A DNA stretch of 63,745 bases, the filler included, from Octopus bimaculoides (taxonomy: Eukaryota), in NCBI RefSeq assembly GCF_001194135.2. It is 5 parts of 5 records of this genome, joined end to end, with 100 filler letters (N's around TTAATTAATTAA, not from the genome) between each part and the next. Parts side by side here need not be neighbours in the genome. Positions count along the whole stretch, not along the records: positions 1 to 30,456 come from NC_068995.1; 4 more parts are not named here. One strand, 5' to 3'. Under the pieces are notes generated by a model, which made no database searches, had not been told where the DNA came from, and saw only the letters and a list, made by a program, of their open reading frames with translations. Positions within the stretch are counted from its first letter, which is position 1, and each line of letters starts with the position of its first letter. Positions 1-12,746 of the stretch are shown here, one piece after another. The position numbers were made by a program, and so were the translations under genes.

Positions 1-327
1 AACGGAACAGCCTGCTCGTGAAATTAACGTGCAAGTGGATGAGCAATCCACAGACACGTGTACCTTTAACGTAGTTCTCGGGGATATTCAGCGTGACACA
101 GTGTGACAAGGCTGGCCCTTTGAATTACAGGTACAACAGAAACAGGAAGAATGAGTGAAAGTTGTGGTGGAAGAGTACAGTAGGTTTCGCTACCATCCCC
201 TGCTGGAGCCTCGTGGAGCTTTAGGTGTTTTCACTCAATAAACACTCACAACACCCGGCCTGGGAATCGAAACCACGATCCTATGACCGCGAGTCCGCTG
301 CCCTAACCACTGGGCCATTGCGTCTCC
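1..327 (-). mobile_element. tRNA-derived SINE (octopus OR-like family), cut by window start
   Basis: Minus strand reads GGAGACGCAATGGCCCAGTGGTTAGGGCAGCGG...GGTTTCGATTCC, giving Pol III box A (307-317) and box B (263-274). The body is homologous to copies at 4062-4260 and 15675-15970. Confidence 0.85.
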
Positions 328-665
328 ATACAAATCATTCTTGCCGGCTGAGAAGAGTGGAGCAATTTCAAATAATGTGTCTCGCCCAAGGAATCGAATT
401 CATGACCTCACGACCGTGAGCCAAAATACCATAATCTCTAAGCCACTCGCCTCCACACAAACACACATATACATACATACATACATACATACACATATAC
501 ATACATACATACATACATACATACATACATACATTCATACATAATACGTACCTACCTACATACATACGTACGTACGTATGTACATACAGACATCGATTAA
601 GAAACCTTGGATCTAGGTTAGAAGCCGGCTCTTTCTCTATAAAACTGAACAATGATATACATACA

Positions 666-708
<43 letters not shown>

Positions 709-710
<2 letters not shown>

Positions 711-1065
711 ACCAACCACATAGTTCCGGGTTCAGTCCCAGTGCGTGGCATCTTGGGCAAGTGTATTCTACTATAGCCTCGGGCCGACAAAAGCCTTGTG
801 AGTGGATTTGTTAGACGGAAACTGAAAGGAAGCCTGTCGTATTTGTGGATATATAGATATGTTTGTGTGTCTGTATTTTTTCACCTAACATCGCTTGACA
901 ATCGATGGTAGTATGTTTACGTCCCCGTAATATAGCGGTTCGACAAAAGTCACCGATAGTATAAGTACTAGGCTTACAAAGAACAAGTCCTGGGGTCGAT
1001 TTCCTCGACTAAAGGCGGTGCTCCAGCATGGTCGCAGTCAAATGACTGAAACAAGTAAAAGAGTA
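709..1065 (+). mobile_element. OK-like tRNA-derived SINE, 5'-truncated
   Basis: Colinear with the full-length copy at 11137-11520 (GGGCAAGTGTxTTCTACTATAGCCTCGGGCCGAC...GACGGAAACTGAAAG...CAGTCAAATGACTGAAACAAGTAAAAGA). Confidence 0.9.
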
Positions 1066-1116
<51 letters not shown>

Positions 1117-1128
1117 TGTATTTATGTA

Positions 1129-1254
1129 CAGGGTATCTACAAAGACTGGGTACATGGAGTAAATAAAATCATAACATAAACAATTAGATATAAGAAATAA
1201 TAATTTCTTAAAGTATGTATTAATCCCATGTACCCAGACTTTGTGGACACCCTG
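1129..1254. mobile_element. Tc1/mariner-type MITE (126 bp)
   Basis: 29-bp TIRs CAGGGTATCTACAAAGACTGGGTACATGG / rc CAGGGTGTCCACAAAGTCTGGGTACATGG (26/29 identical), with TA on both flanks (1127-1128, 1255-1256). Confidence 0.9.
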
Positions 1255-1705
1255 TATATATGTATAAGTATATTTACTGACACATCTTTGATGCTTCGTG
1301 CGAGTTAAAGTCAGCGTGGTTAGTTTATCATTAGTCTTGCAAAGTTGGAAAGAATTATTTCTTCTTTGCTCTGCCTTTCGTTATTTTGTAATTCTTTCTT
1401 TTTTTTTTTCTTCCTTCTTTTTTTTCTTTTCCCATCACATTGTAGTCATGTGGGGCGTCGGAATGAATGCTTAAGTCTTGGTTGGTTAGCTGGTTGGTTG
1501 GCTGGCTGTTTGGTTGGTTGACTGGTTGGCTGGGTGTGGTTAAATCAATCTTGACTACATCTGTGCTGGCAGATGTTAGAAGAGACGTCACAAGTGTAGT
1601 TAGCCCCAGCAAAATGAAAGAATGTATACAATTTTGATAAGCTTCAAACGAAGATATGGCTGACTATACTGGCCAAGGAGACATCTGTCACTCCCGACCA
1701 GTTCT

Positions 1706-1712
1706 ATAGTAG

Positions 1713-1798
<86 letters not shown>

Positions 1799-1801
1799 GA
1801 A

Positions 1802-1830
<29 letters not shown>
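1706..1830. repeat. (GA)n microsatellite
   Basis: Long, nearly pure AG dinucleotide run. Confidence 0.95.
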
Positions 1831-1832
<2 letters not shown>

Positions 1833-2271
1833 GAGCATAATATTCAATGAAAATCATTTGGAGATGTGTCAAAATCCAGGGTTTGCGTGCAATCAGGACC
1901 CAAGTGGTAGCAGAATTGAAACAGACAATTTGAAAATTGTCTTGACCTTAGACAAACGAAGATCCTGAAAAGAAAAAAAGAAGAGAAGAGAAGAGAAGTG
2001 GTAGAAAGAAAGATAGGCAGAAGAAGGTGAAGGAGGAGGAGGAAGGGGAGGAGGTTCTGAGGGTGGCGATGGAAGGGGATGTGGAGGAGGAGGAGAGGAA
2101 GACTGTACTATCCAAGCCATGATATGCTATTAAAGTAATATTGCCCTGTAGCTCCCATTTATTATGAAAGCTTGTCGCGATTCCATGACACGTGACGTGC
2201 GCACATCTTGCCATAGAAGAGGAAATGTATATAGATTGTGTATATATGTGTGTATGTGTCTCTGCTAGTGC

Positions 2272-2323
<52 letters not shown>

Positions 2324-3169
2324 TTATGTATGCATTTATATATGCGTATGTACATATACATACATGCATATTTATATATAATGCATCACACACACTGAAA
2401 AAGACATATACACACATGTGTCTACGTGTGTGCATGCGTGTGTTTAGTGAGGATGTGCGTGTGTGTGTTTGTGTGTGGTGGGTGATACATTACAAGAATT
2501 GTCTCCAAGACAGAAGCAGCTTCAGTAAATCAGCCGAATTTAGACTGAGTTTTCTTGCTAAAAGCATGGGAAAGAAAGAAAGAAAGAATACAAAGTGAAA
2601 GAGAGAGATGGAGAGATAGAGAGAGAGAGAGCGTGTGTGTGTAATAGAGAGAGAGGGATTATATAATATATATATAAAGCGTAAACTAAAACAGATCAAA
2701 ATATAGATGAAAAAAACTCATGAAATATATAGCGTAAGTAAAGTAGGAAAAAAAATGGCCGAACCGAGGTGAAAAACAGCAGAAAAGATATCCCCGAGAG
2801 TAATCTTACATGGGTTAGGCGATGAGAGAGAAAGAGAGAACTAAAGAAAATATGTGAGAGAGAGAGAGAAAGTGTATAAGGGTGTATGTATGCATGTAGG
2901 CATGCATGTATATATGTATGTATGTATGAATGTATGCATGTATGTATGTATGTGTGTATGTATGTATGTATGTATGCATGTATGTATGTATGTATGCATG
3001 TATGTATGTATGTATGCNNNNNNNNNNACACACACACATGAGTGTAAATAGCATATGAGATAGATAGAAACAGATCTGTACATCGAGGTAGGTAGGTTGA
3101 AAGATAGAGACAAACACCAGGATAAAGACAGACGAACGGGCGGACGAACAGACAGATAGAAAGAAAGAT

Positions 3170-3237
<68 letters not shown>

Positions 3238-3382
3238 TCGGAAGGACCTATATATTTTGACTGATCAGCTGCGAAAGTTCGATATCAAAGGCGCAAATTA
3301 TATTAATATTTTTATTTGTTGCACTGTGCCGTCTTTAATGTTTTGAAATATTAAAACCCAAATTTATTAACCAGATATAAGG

Positions 3383-3420
<38 letters not shown>

Positions 3421-3484
3421 CACACGCACACATGTATGTACACATATATATATGCATGCATATGCGGATATATANNNNNNNNNN

Positions 3485-3531
<47 letters not shown>

Positions 3532-3847
3532 AATATTTATGTGTTAACTCAATATATTTTAGATAAATGATGATAAATTTCGAGATGTTGAACTTCAAAA
3601 TTTAAGCCTTTCGCCGTGGAAATTTTGACAGATGCTTATACATCTTATCATGTCCTTTTTATACAGAAAAAAAATAGCGGAGATTGACCTAACGTGTCTC
3701 ACGTTTCTACGATATCAACGAAGGGAAACTATAGTAAATCATTATTCAAAATCACTCACAAGAACTTACCTGTAATGGCTTGATTATGTTGCATAACTTA
3801 CAGTTTCTTGAAGGTGTGATGAATTGAGTATTTTATCATTTCTATTA

Positions 3848-3936
3848 TTTTTTACTTGCGTCAGTCATTACACTGCGCCCATGCTGGGGCAACGCCTTGA
3901 GGAATTTTAGTCGAGCAAATCGATCTCAGTACTTTA
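3848..3936 (-). mobile_element. SINE 3' tail fragment
   Basis: Reverse complement of the shared tail (TCGATTTGCTCGACTAAA...CCCCAGCATGG..GCAGT..AATGACTGA..CAAGTAAAA). Confidence 0.75.
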
Positions 3937-4061
3937 CGGGTTTCAAAGACTGGTTGTGTTGTGCATATACGCGTATATTTCTTAATTTAGAGCCTAACCA
4001 GGCTCATGGGCCCAGTTTCCCGGTTTCTATGGTGTATGCGTCCCCCCCCCACCCGCTAGAT

Positions 4062-4260
4062 GGTACTCAAGAAACAGGAAGAAAGAGTGAAAGTTGAGGC
4101 GAAAGAGTACAACAGGGGTCGGCCCCCACCCCACCTCCCTGCTAGAGCCTCGTGGAACTTTCGCTGTTTTCGCTCAATAAACTCTCATAATGCCCGGTCT
4201 GGGAATCGAAACCATGATACTCGGATCGAGAGTCCGCTGTCGTAACCATTGCGCCTCCAC
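4062..4260 (-). mobile_element. OR-like tRNA-derived SINE, head and partial body
   Basis: Homologous to 130-327, with GGGAATCGAAACC (box B, rc) and CATTGCGCCTCC (head, rc). Confidence 0.85.
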
Positions 4261-4733
4261 ACATTTTATAATGAAATTAGTAAATAAAGAGATAAATGAT
4301 TTGTCGTTTTTAGCGTTTTGGCGTCTTTTCTGTGATTGTACCTATTTACTGGTCTCGGTACCTTTGTGTCTATGGGACTATAAATGAATAGTTGCATGTA
4401 CACGCACAAATATACGGGTACATACGTGCGCAAACACTAACAAGCCCCCCCCCACACACACACACACACATACATAAATACATACACTTATACATATATG
4501 TATGTATGTATACGTATATAACTATATATACATTATATGTGCATATATGTGTATATATATATATATATATACACACACATACTCATATAGTGAGCGAGTG
4601 CGTGGTGTGTATGTCTGTGTGTGTGCGTATGCGCGCACGCGTGTGTGTGCACGCGCAGGAGACATAGTGATTGACAGATAGCCAGACAGAGGCAGACAGA
4701 CTGACAAACAGTTTGGCAGACAGATAAACAATC

Positions 4734-4795
<62 letters not shown>

Positions 4796-4958
4796 AACAT
4801 ATAATTAGTCCGTATTCGACAATAACACATGGATAAAATAGCATTGTAACAAACACATGGAGCTCTGTATTGAAATGAGGGAATCAGCAGATGTTTGTGC
4901 CTGCGTTGTCCTATATGGTTAACACAAAATGAAGACAAGATTTCCGTTCTTAGAATGG

Positions 4959-5320
4959 GGCCTGCGTCGAGATGACAAATTGCTGTTATTATGAAACATG
5001 CACCCTTACCTCTCCCACCATTCTTCGGATAGATTCCGGAAAGATTTCTTCAAGCAATTAGGATTTAATATCAGAGCGAAACCACGAATAAAAGATCGGT
5101 CTTTCTAGACATGTCACTGGATTTATCTAACGCATTTAGACTATATAAAAAGGCACACAAGACGCTTTTATACATAAACAATCAATACATCCTCCACAGA
5201 AACTTATGGAAAACCTAGTAAAAAATTATTTCCTCAAAGAGTATCTTCATTGTCTACAAACGTAAAGTCTTCAATGAACCATCGAACGACAATCATGAAG
5301 AACTCTTAAATTATGACTTT
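4959..5320 (+). pseudogene. Degenerate Penelope-like element (PLE) reverse transcriptase fragment
   Basis: Frameshifted translation GLRRDD...RKDFFKQLGFNI...VFLDMSLDLS..FRLYKK..KTLLYIN..HPP...RVSSLSTN...EELLNYDF follows the PLE RT pattern (GLYRDD, FLDV, LYxxxxSNHPP, RISxLS). Confidence 0.7.
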
Positions 5321-5734
5321 GAAACTGTTAAAATGCTATCACGAATAAGTTATAGTTTAGATACTGTAAAATAAAACTAAAAAAGCTCCAATACTTCATT
5401 GTCGATATACATGTGGCAGTTAAGTAACCCAAATACACAACTGAAAATATTGTGAAAGATCTTATCAAAAGCTAGACAACAGAACTAGCGAGAAAGTAAC
5501 AATTATGAAGATATTCATAATACTATCTAGTAAACATATTCAATATACTATCTTATAAAGAACCCTTGCTAAATTGAAATTCACAATTCATTTCTTCTTG
5601 CAGACATTTTACGTGTAGTTGACTGTCATATTTTAAACCTATTGACACTTTAAAATTTGAAAAATATTGCTGGTTTAAATAAACGTCATTTTTGCTTGTT
5701 GTTTTCTCGTTGTGATGTTTCTGTTTTACATATG

Positions 5735-5793
<59 letters not shown>

Positions 5794-6435
5794 NNNNNNN
5801 NNNNNNNNNNNNNNNNNNNNNNNNNNNNNNNNNNNNNNNNNNNNNNNNNNNNNNNNNNNNNNNNNNNNNNNNNNNNNNNNNNNNNNNNNNNNNNNNNNNN
5901 NNNNNNNNNNNNNNNTATATATATATATGTATGTATGTATGTATGTATTTATGTATGAATGCATGTAGAACGAGTGATAGCTAGATAAATACATGCATAA
6001 ATATTTGCATATATCCATGTTTAAATGTGTGTGTGTTTGCGTGTTTACACATAAATACGTATATACATACGTATGTATGTGTGCATAAATATAGGTATAT
6101 GAGGGAGATTGAATGTAGACATATGTATGAATGTTTTGTATGCCTACACCATTAGATTAAAATGATTTCTTTCCATTGTTTTCAAATGTGCTGAGCAAAA
6201 CACATGGTCGTCAGTAATGAAATATTTTAATATGATTTAATATATTACATTATATTATTATTCTCCATGTCTAACTTCGTCTTGGATTCTTTAATTGAAA
6301 ATGGCTCCTAGACTTTCTCACAGGTATATATCACAGATAGACTGACAGGCAGACAGACTGACAGACAAACAGAGAAACTGATAGTTAAGTAGGTAGGTAG
6401 ATACATAGATAGATACATGCATACATATATGCATG

Positions 6436-6467
<32 letters not shown>

Positions 6468-6550
6468 CATACATACATACAAGCACACATAATGTAGGTA
6501 GGTAGATAGAGATGAAGGTCGGTAAATACATACATATATACATACATACA

Positions 6551-6581
<31 letters not shown>

Positions 6582-6788
6582 TAAAAACTGAGTCTATGCC
6601 AATCGCTACTCTCGTTTCAGTGAATGCACATTTTTCGCATATAAATATATATCCTTCTACATACATGCATTCATACATACATGCAGGTTTTCATGCATAC
6701 ACTCATATATACATACATACGTACATACACACGTACACAGTCACATGCATATACATACATACATACATGCATGCATACATACACAGGT

Positions 6789-6837
<49 letters not shown>

Positions 6838-7899
6838 CCGAGAGAGAGAGAGAGAAACAGACAGACGGACAGGCAGACAGAGACAGGGACAGAAAGATAG
6901 AAACAGTGATAGAGACACAGTGATAAGAGTCAACGCAAAATCAAGAAGTCCACAAAAAATATAATAAAATAATTTTGAAGAAAAAGTAAATTGAGAAAAG
7001 AGTAAAAAAAAAAGAAACACTAAGAAAAATTTATAAATAAACAAATAAATAAATTAATAAATAAACAAATAAATAAATAAATATGGAAGGCAAAGAACGA
7101 CAACCGACTGACAAACCAACCAACCGACTTGATTTGACGGACTGAAGTGAAATTCGTTACTTCACGGNNNNNNNNNNNNNNNNNNNNNNNNNNNNNNNNN
7201 NNNNNNNNNNNNNNNNNNNNNNNNNNNNNNNNNNNNNNNNNNNNNNNNNNNNNNNNNNNNNNNNNNNNNNNNNNNNNNNNNNNNNNNNNNNNNNNNNNNN
7301 NNNNNNNNNNNNNNNNNNNNNNNNNNNNNNNNNNNNNNNNNNNNNNNNNNNNNNNNNNNNNNNNNNNNNNNNNNNNNNNNNNNNNNNNNNNNNNNNNNNN
7401 NNNNNNNNNNNNNNNNNNNNNNNNNNNNNNNNNNNNNNNNNNNNNNNNNNNNNNNNNNNNNNNNNNNNNNNNNNNNNNNNNNNNNNNNNNNNNNNNNNNN
7501 NNNNNNNNNNNNNNNNNNNNNNNGGATGAGTCGGGAGAATGAGTGGAGAGGTGTGGTGCTGGTAATGAAAATGAAGTAGGAATCTGTTATTACATCCGGG
7601 CATTAGGGTTGAACTGAACTGAGCTGAGTTGAGCTGAGCTGAGATGTATTTCTGCTGTGTTTGTGCTGTGCAGTGCTGACGTAAGAAAGCAGAAACCGAA
7701 AGTGAAAGTGGTGAAGGGGGGGGGGAGGCAATGTAACGGCGGAGTGAGAGAAATCGTGGTGCCATTTTGTGCGAGGAGAAGAAGGAGGGATAACGAGAGA
7801 GAGAGGAAGGGGAAGAAGGAGGAGAAAGAGAAGGTGAAGGAAAGTGCATATGTGAGCGAGGGAAAGAGATTGGGGGAATGAAATGCGAAATGAAACAAA

Positions 7900-7974
7900 G
7901 CAAAAGTTGGAGACAATAAAAGGGAATAAGATAGAGTGAAGGCGAGAAAAATATTTGAGAGAGAGAGAGAGAGG

Positions 7975-8016
<42 letters not shown>

Positions 8017-8698
8017 AAAGAGAGAGAGAGACTAACAGACTGATAGAGAAGCGGGGAAACGAAAGATTAAGTGAGGGAAAGAGAGAGTTTAGAACGACTG
8101 TAATCTAGTGAGCGACAGAAAACGAAGACAGAGGAGGAGAAAGAAAAAGTGAGGGAATGAGGCAATGAATAGAGAGTGAACAGAAGGAGAGAGAGACAGA
8201 CAGACAGACAGAGACAAAGTATAGTGGGGAGGGGGATCAGAACTGAGAAAAGTGTGGATAAGAGAGAAATATACGGAGAGATTGAGGACTAGAGTGATAC
8301 AAGAGACAACTGAGAGATAGAGAGGAAATGAATGTGAGAAGGATTCGGAGAAAGAGGATTAGAGAGAGAGAGAAAGAGAGAGAGAAAAGGGAGAGAGAAA
8401 AGAGAGAGAGAGAAAGAGAGAGTGAAAGATGAGAAGAGAATGAGAAAGAGAGGAAGGCAGAAACGGAGAACGAGAATGAGTTTGATTGAGAGGGGGGATA
8501 GAGAGCAGAAAACTAAGGAGAGAAACAAGGGAAACGTTGAGAGAGAGAGAGAGAGAGAAAGAGACAGAGAGAGAGAGAGATAGGGAGAGAGAGAGAGAGG
8601 GGGGGAGAGAGAGGGAGAGAGAGAGACACAAACACACACAAACACACAAAGAATGAGGGAGACACACAAACACACACACACACATAGACACAAAGACT

Positions 8699-8738
<40 letters not shown>

Positions 8739-8760
8739 CGTGAGAAAGTTAAACATAAAA
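7900..8760 (+). repeat. Purine-rich (GA)n low-complexity tract
   Basis: About 850 bp of mostly A/G with several (GA)n runs. Confidence 0.85.
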
Positions 8761-9295
8761 TGCATCGGAAAGGAAATGAAAAAAAACACAACATAATCAA
8801 AACAACAACAACAACAAGAAAAGAAAAAAATACGGAAAGAGCAAAATGAAATAAGAGAAAAATTTAATAATAACCGTGGTGTTAGGTGTGACACATGTAA
8901 AAATGTGGGCAGAGAACGACTTGTGATGGAAGTGAACTTTAAACAACAAGAAGTAATCTTGTCAAAGTAGCAACGCACGCATACACATGCGCACGCATGT
9001 AATATACATAAACACACATACACGTACTTACATGCAAGCATATACATGCATACACATACATACATACATACATATATATATATATATATGTATATGTTTA
9101 TGTATGTATGTCTATGTTTTTTTTTTTTGCATGGCTCTCAAGTAAACTGAAGAATTTTGATCGTAGGTCTACTGTCGATCAGAGCTGCCCTGGGGCTGAG
9201 TTACCACAACATCACTAACTGCAACAACATCAAATAAAACAACAACAATAAAAATACACATATATATGTGTGCATATGCGTTTGTGTGTGTATAC

Positions 9296-9340
<45 letters not shown>

Positions 9341-9442
9341 TTCATACACACACAAACATACGCATACACATACACGCGCCTACTTATGTATATATACTCA
9401 TATACATATATATACACACATACACACTGGCATATATATATA

Positions 9443-9489
<47 letters not shown>

Positions 9490-10079
9490 NNNNNNNNNNN
9501 NNNNNNNNNNNNNNNNNNNNNNNNNNNNNNNNNNNNNNNNNNNNNNNNNNNNNNNNNNNNNNNNNNNNNNNNNNNNNNNNNNNNNNNNNNNNNNNNNNNN
9601 NNNNNNNNNNNNNNNNNNNNNNNNNNNNNNNNNNNNNNNNNNNNNNNNNNNNNNNNNNNNNNNNNNNNNNNNNNNNNNNNNNNNNNNNNNNNNNNNNNNN
9701 NNATATATATATACACCCATGTATAGCTACTTATATTTAAACACACACATATACTTAAAATATATTCCTATATATATGTGTCTGAGTGCGTAAAATATAT
9801 GTAGGTGTATACACATATACATATGTGTGTGTGTGTGATGTGTGTTTGTGTGTGTGTGTGTGTTTGTAAATGTGTGAATATGATTGTGTGTGCGTAAAAC
9901 AAAAGATTTGAGCAGAGGCTTAAATATAATACGACGGCGTTCCGTTCAATTGACATCATAAAGATACATCGTAGAAATAATAATGCTCCATGTCGATCAC
10001 AGTGACCGTGTCAGTATGACTGTAATAAAACTGACAGCATTAACTATAATTAAAAACAACGTCCTACGAACCCGACCGC

Positions 10080-10264
10080 CACCATTTTTCTTTTTCTCTC
10101 CCTATACCCTTTCCCCCTCCCTCCTCACTTTTCCTATTCACACTTTCTCCACCCACCCCCACCTCCATCCTCTCAATCTCTCCCCCTCTCTCTCTTTCAC
10201 TCTTACTCTTTCGTCTTTCTTACTTTCAATCCCCTTTCGTAAAACATTTATTTGGTCTCTCTCC

Positions 10265-10357
<93 letters not shown>

Positions 10358-10580
10358 CAAATATTTATTTATCTTGCTGTCTCTTTTACTTCGTATTTCT
10401 ATCGCTCTCACTCACACACTCTCTCCCCCTTCTCTCCCCTCTCTCTCTCTCTCCCTCTCTCTAATATACGTTTTATCTTTTCTCTGCTTCCATCACTTAC
10501 ACTTGCTGTCTGTCCGTCTGTCTCAATTTCCTCTATTTCCCATCTTTCCCATCGTTTCCTTACTCACACGCTCAGTGACT

Positions 10581-10624
<44 letters not shown>

Positions 10625-10625
10625 G
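10080..10625 (+). repeat. Pyrimidine-rich (CT)n low-complexity tract
   Basis: Mostly C/T with a pure (CT)n run at about 10267-10352. Confidence 0.85.
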
Positions 10626-10734
10626 TTTATATGTGTTTGTTAGAGAGAGATTGAGAGAGTATGTATGTGTGATTCTATGCATGCATGTATGTATGTATGT
10701 ATGTATGTATGTACGTACGTCTGTATGTATGTAG

Positions 10735-10765
<31 letters not shown>

Positions 10766-10873
10766 CGTTCGTCTGTCTGTACGTATGTATATATGAATGT
10801 ATGTATTTATGTATTTATGTATGTACGTACGTATTTATGCATTTACGCTTGTACGTACGTATGTATGTTTGAT

Positions 10874-11032
10874 TTGTTTCAGTCATCAGACCGCGGCCAT
10901 GTTGGGGCACCGCCCTGAAGAATTTTTAGTCGACCCGAGAGAACTTTTATAATTATGCCTGATACTCTATCGGTCTCTTTGGCCGAACCACTCTGATACG
11001 GAGACGTAAACACACCAACACCAGTTGTCAAG
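10874..11032 (-). mobile_element. SINE 3' half fragment
   Basis: Reverse complement of the OK-type 3' region (TTGTTTCAGTCAT...GCGGCCATG.TGGGGCACC...GACGTAAACACACCA). Confidence 0.75.
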
Positions 11033-11136
11033 CACTGCTAGCGGAGTACCCCTCGTTGTGTAATTATTATATCCGAGTTTCTGCTAGCTAAGAAACCTAT
11101 GTAGCCTGGATTTTACCTGCTTTATTACCTCAGTTT

Positions 11137-11520
11137 GGAGTGGCTGTGTGGTAAGTAGCTTGCCTACCAACCACATGGTTCCAGGTTCAGTCCCACTGCG
11201 TGGCACCTTGAGCAAGTGTCTTCTACTATAGCCTCGGGCCGACCGAAGCTTTGTGAGTGGGTTTGCTAGACGGAAACTGAAAGAAACCCGTCATATATTA
11301 TGTGTGTGCATATGTTTGTGTGTCTCTGTTTGTATCCCCCCCCCAGCATCGCTTGACAACCGATGCTGGTGTGTTTACGTCCCCATCACATAGCGGTTCG
11401 GCAAGATAGACCGATAGAATAAGTACTAGGCTTACAAAGAATAAGTCGTGGGGTCGATTTGCTCGACTAAAGGCTGTGCTCCAGCATGGCCGCAGTCAAA
11501 TGACTGAAAGAAATAAAAGA
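11137..11520 (+). mobile_element. Full-length OK-like tRNA-derived SINE
   Basis: tRNA-like head GGAGTGGCTGTGTGGTAAG...GGTTCAGTCCC, CORE-like segment CCTTGAGCAAGTGTCTT, internal (TG)-rich stretch, 3' tail ending in A-rich AAAGAAATAAAAGAAAA. Confidence 0.9.
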
Positions 11521-12465
11521 AAATCGAAAGAAAAACATGTGCGTGTATGGATGTATGTATATATGGATGGATGGTATATGTAAGTATATATGTGTGTAAA
11601 TGCATGTGTGCATTTATATATATGTGTGTGTGTTTATGTGTGTATCTATGTGTGTGTCCAAGCGTGAGTCAAAAGAAAATAGCAGAACCAAATTTCACGA
11701 ACACTGGATGGTAGTCTGCAATGCAAATGATGTACTTTTAGTTCAAATCTCCTAAGTTCGTATGCAATAAGAGAGATCGGTGATGTCCATAGTGTGATGA
11801 AACCGCGTCGAGAGATAAAACATTTGTTGGAAACCACTTGGCATAATTTCCTCATGAACTTAGTAGACTTAATTCTCCTTTACATTTGTGAGTAAGTGTG
11901 TGTGTGTTTTGTGCGCATGTGTGTACGTGTAGTTATGTCTGTCTCTGCGTTTGTATGTATACGCATATATGAATATATGTCTCTAAATGTGAGATAATTT
12001 TAATATACCATAAATTTGCATTATATAGTATGTCTCTTCTTCAAATACATGCCACTGGTCATTCTGAGTTATTCCTCTTAGCTCACTTTTGTCTAAGTGA
12101 GAGGTTCTGAACCAATTTTTTTTTTTTTTTTTTTTTTTTTTGCCTTGGACCCCGTTGAATCCTTTTTTATTCTAGAGGGCCTCCGTATCCATTTGATGTT
12201 TAAGTAAAGAATCATATGAATTGAAACAAAAATAAAATATAATTTAGTTTTTTAAAAAAAAAGTTTTTTCGTAATTGTATATTTTTGTTCCCATATTCAG
12301 ACGTGAATATATACTCACGCTCTATATCAGCCCCCACTTTAGCAATTATCTAGACGAGAATTTGAAGTTATTTTATAAAAAGAAACACCAACCAAACTCT
12401 AGTTCCGCATAACAGGAACACATAACAGAGACACTATATAAAGGCAAAACTAACTCCAACGCATC

Positions 12466-12510
12466 GCAGTCTGACGATGGCTTAGCTGGCCGAAACTTCG
12501 AAGTCAACAA
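12466..12510 (+). ncRNA. Minimal type-I hammerhead-ribozyme-like motif (PLE-type)
   Basis: CTGACGA-T-[GGC ttagctg GCC]-GAAAC-TTCGAA-GTC. Canonical core, 3-bp stem II, palindromic stem III (ACTTCGAAGT), GUC cleavage triplet. Stem I is weak. TATATAAA lies about 30 nt upstream. Confidence 0.6.
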
Positions 12511-12665
12511 CGTTCATAAAAATCATACACACACACACACATACACACACATACACGCACACACACACACACACAGAGAGATATATTGTATTTCGGGGTA
12601 GTCATTTTTTTATTTTTCAAAACACGGTTCCACATCGGTAGTTTTGCAAACACAAATTCATAAAC

Positions 12666-12746
<81 letters not shown>

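Noticed and set aside
263-327. tRNA gene
   Set aside because: Box A/B head of a SINE. No acceptor stem or terminator, and it continues into a repeat body.
341-790. ORFs rich in HT/YI/CV/SL/ER dipeptides here and throughout, and all long ORFs full of X
   Set aside because: Translations of microsatellites or N-gaps, not proteins.
3770-3806. Perfect minus-strand donor CAG|GTAAGT with a 37-nt exon NCKLCNIIKPLQ
   Set aside because: The acceptor is poor and the site abuts a SINE tail, so a chance donor is likely.
9160-9218. Minus-strand exon candidate SDVVVTQPQGSSDRQ after a good acceptor
   Set aside because: The sequence (AGCCCCAGG.CAGC.CTGATCGA..AGACCTA.GATCAA) resembles the dispersed repeat at about 35955-36030, so it is a TE fragment. 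The donor is also weak.
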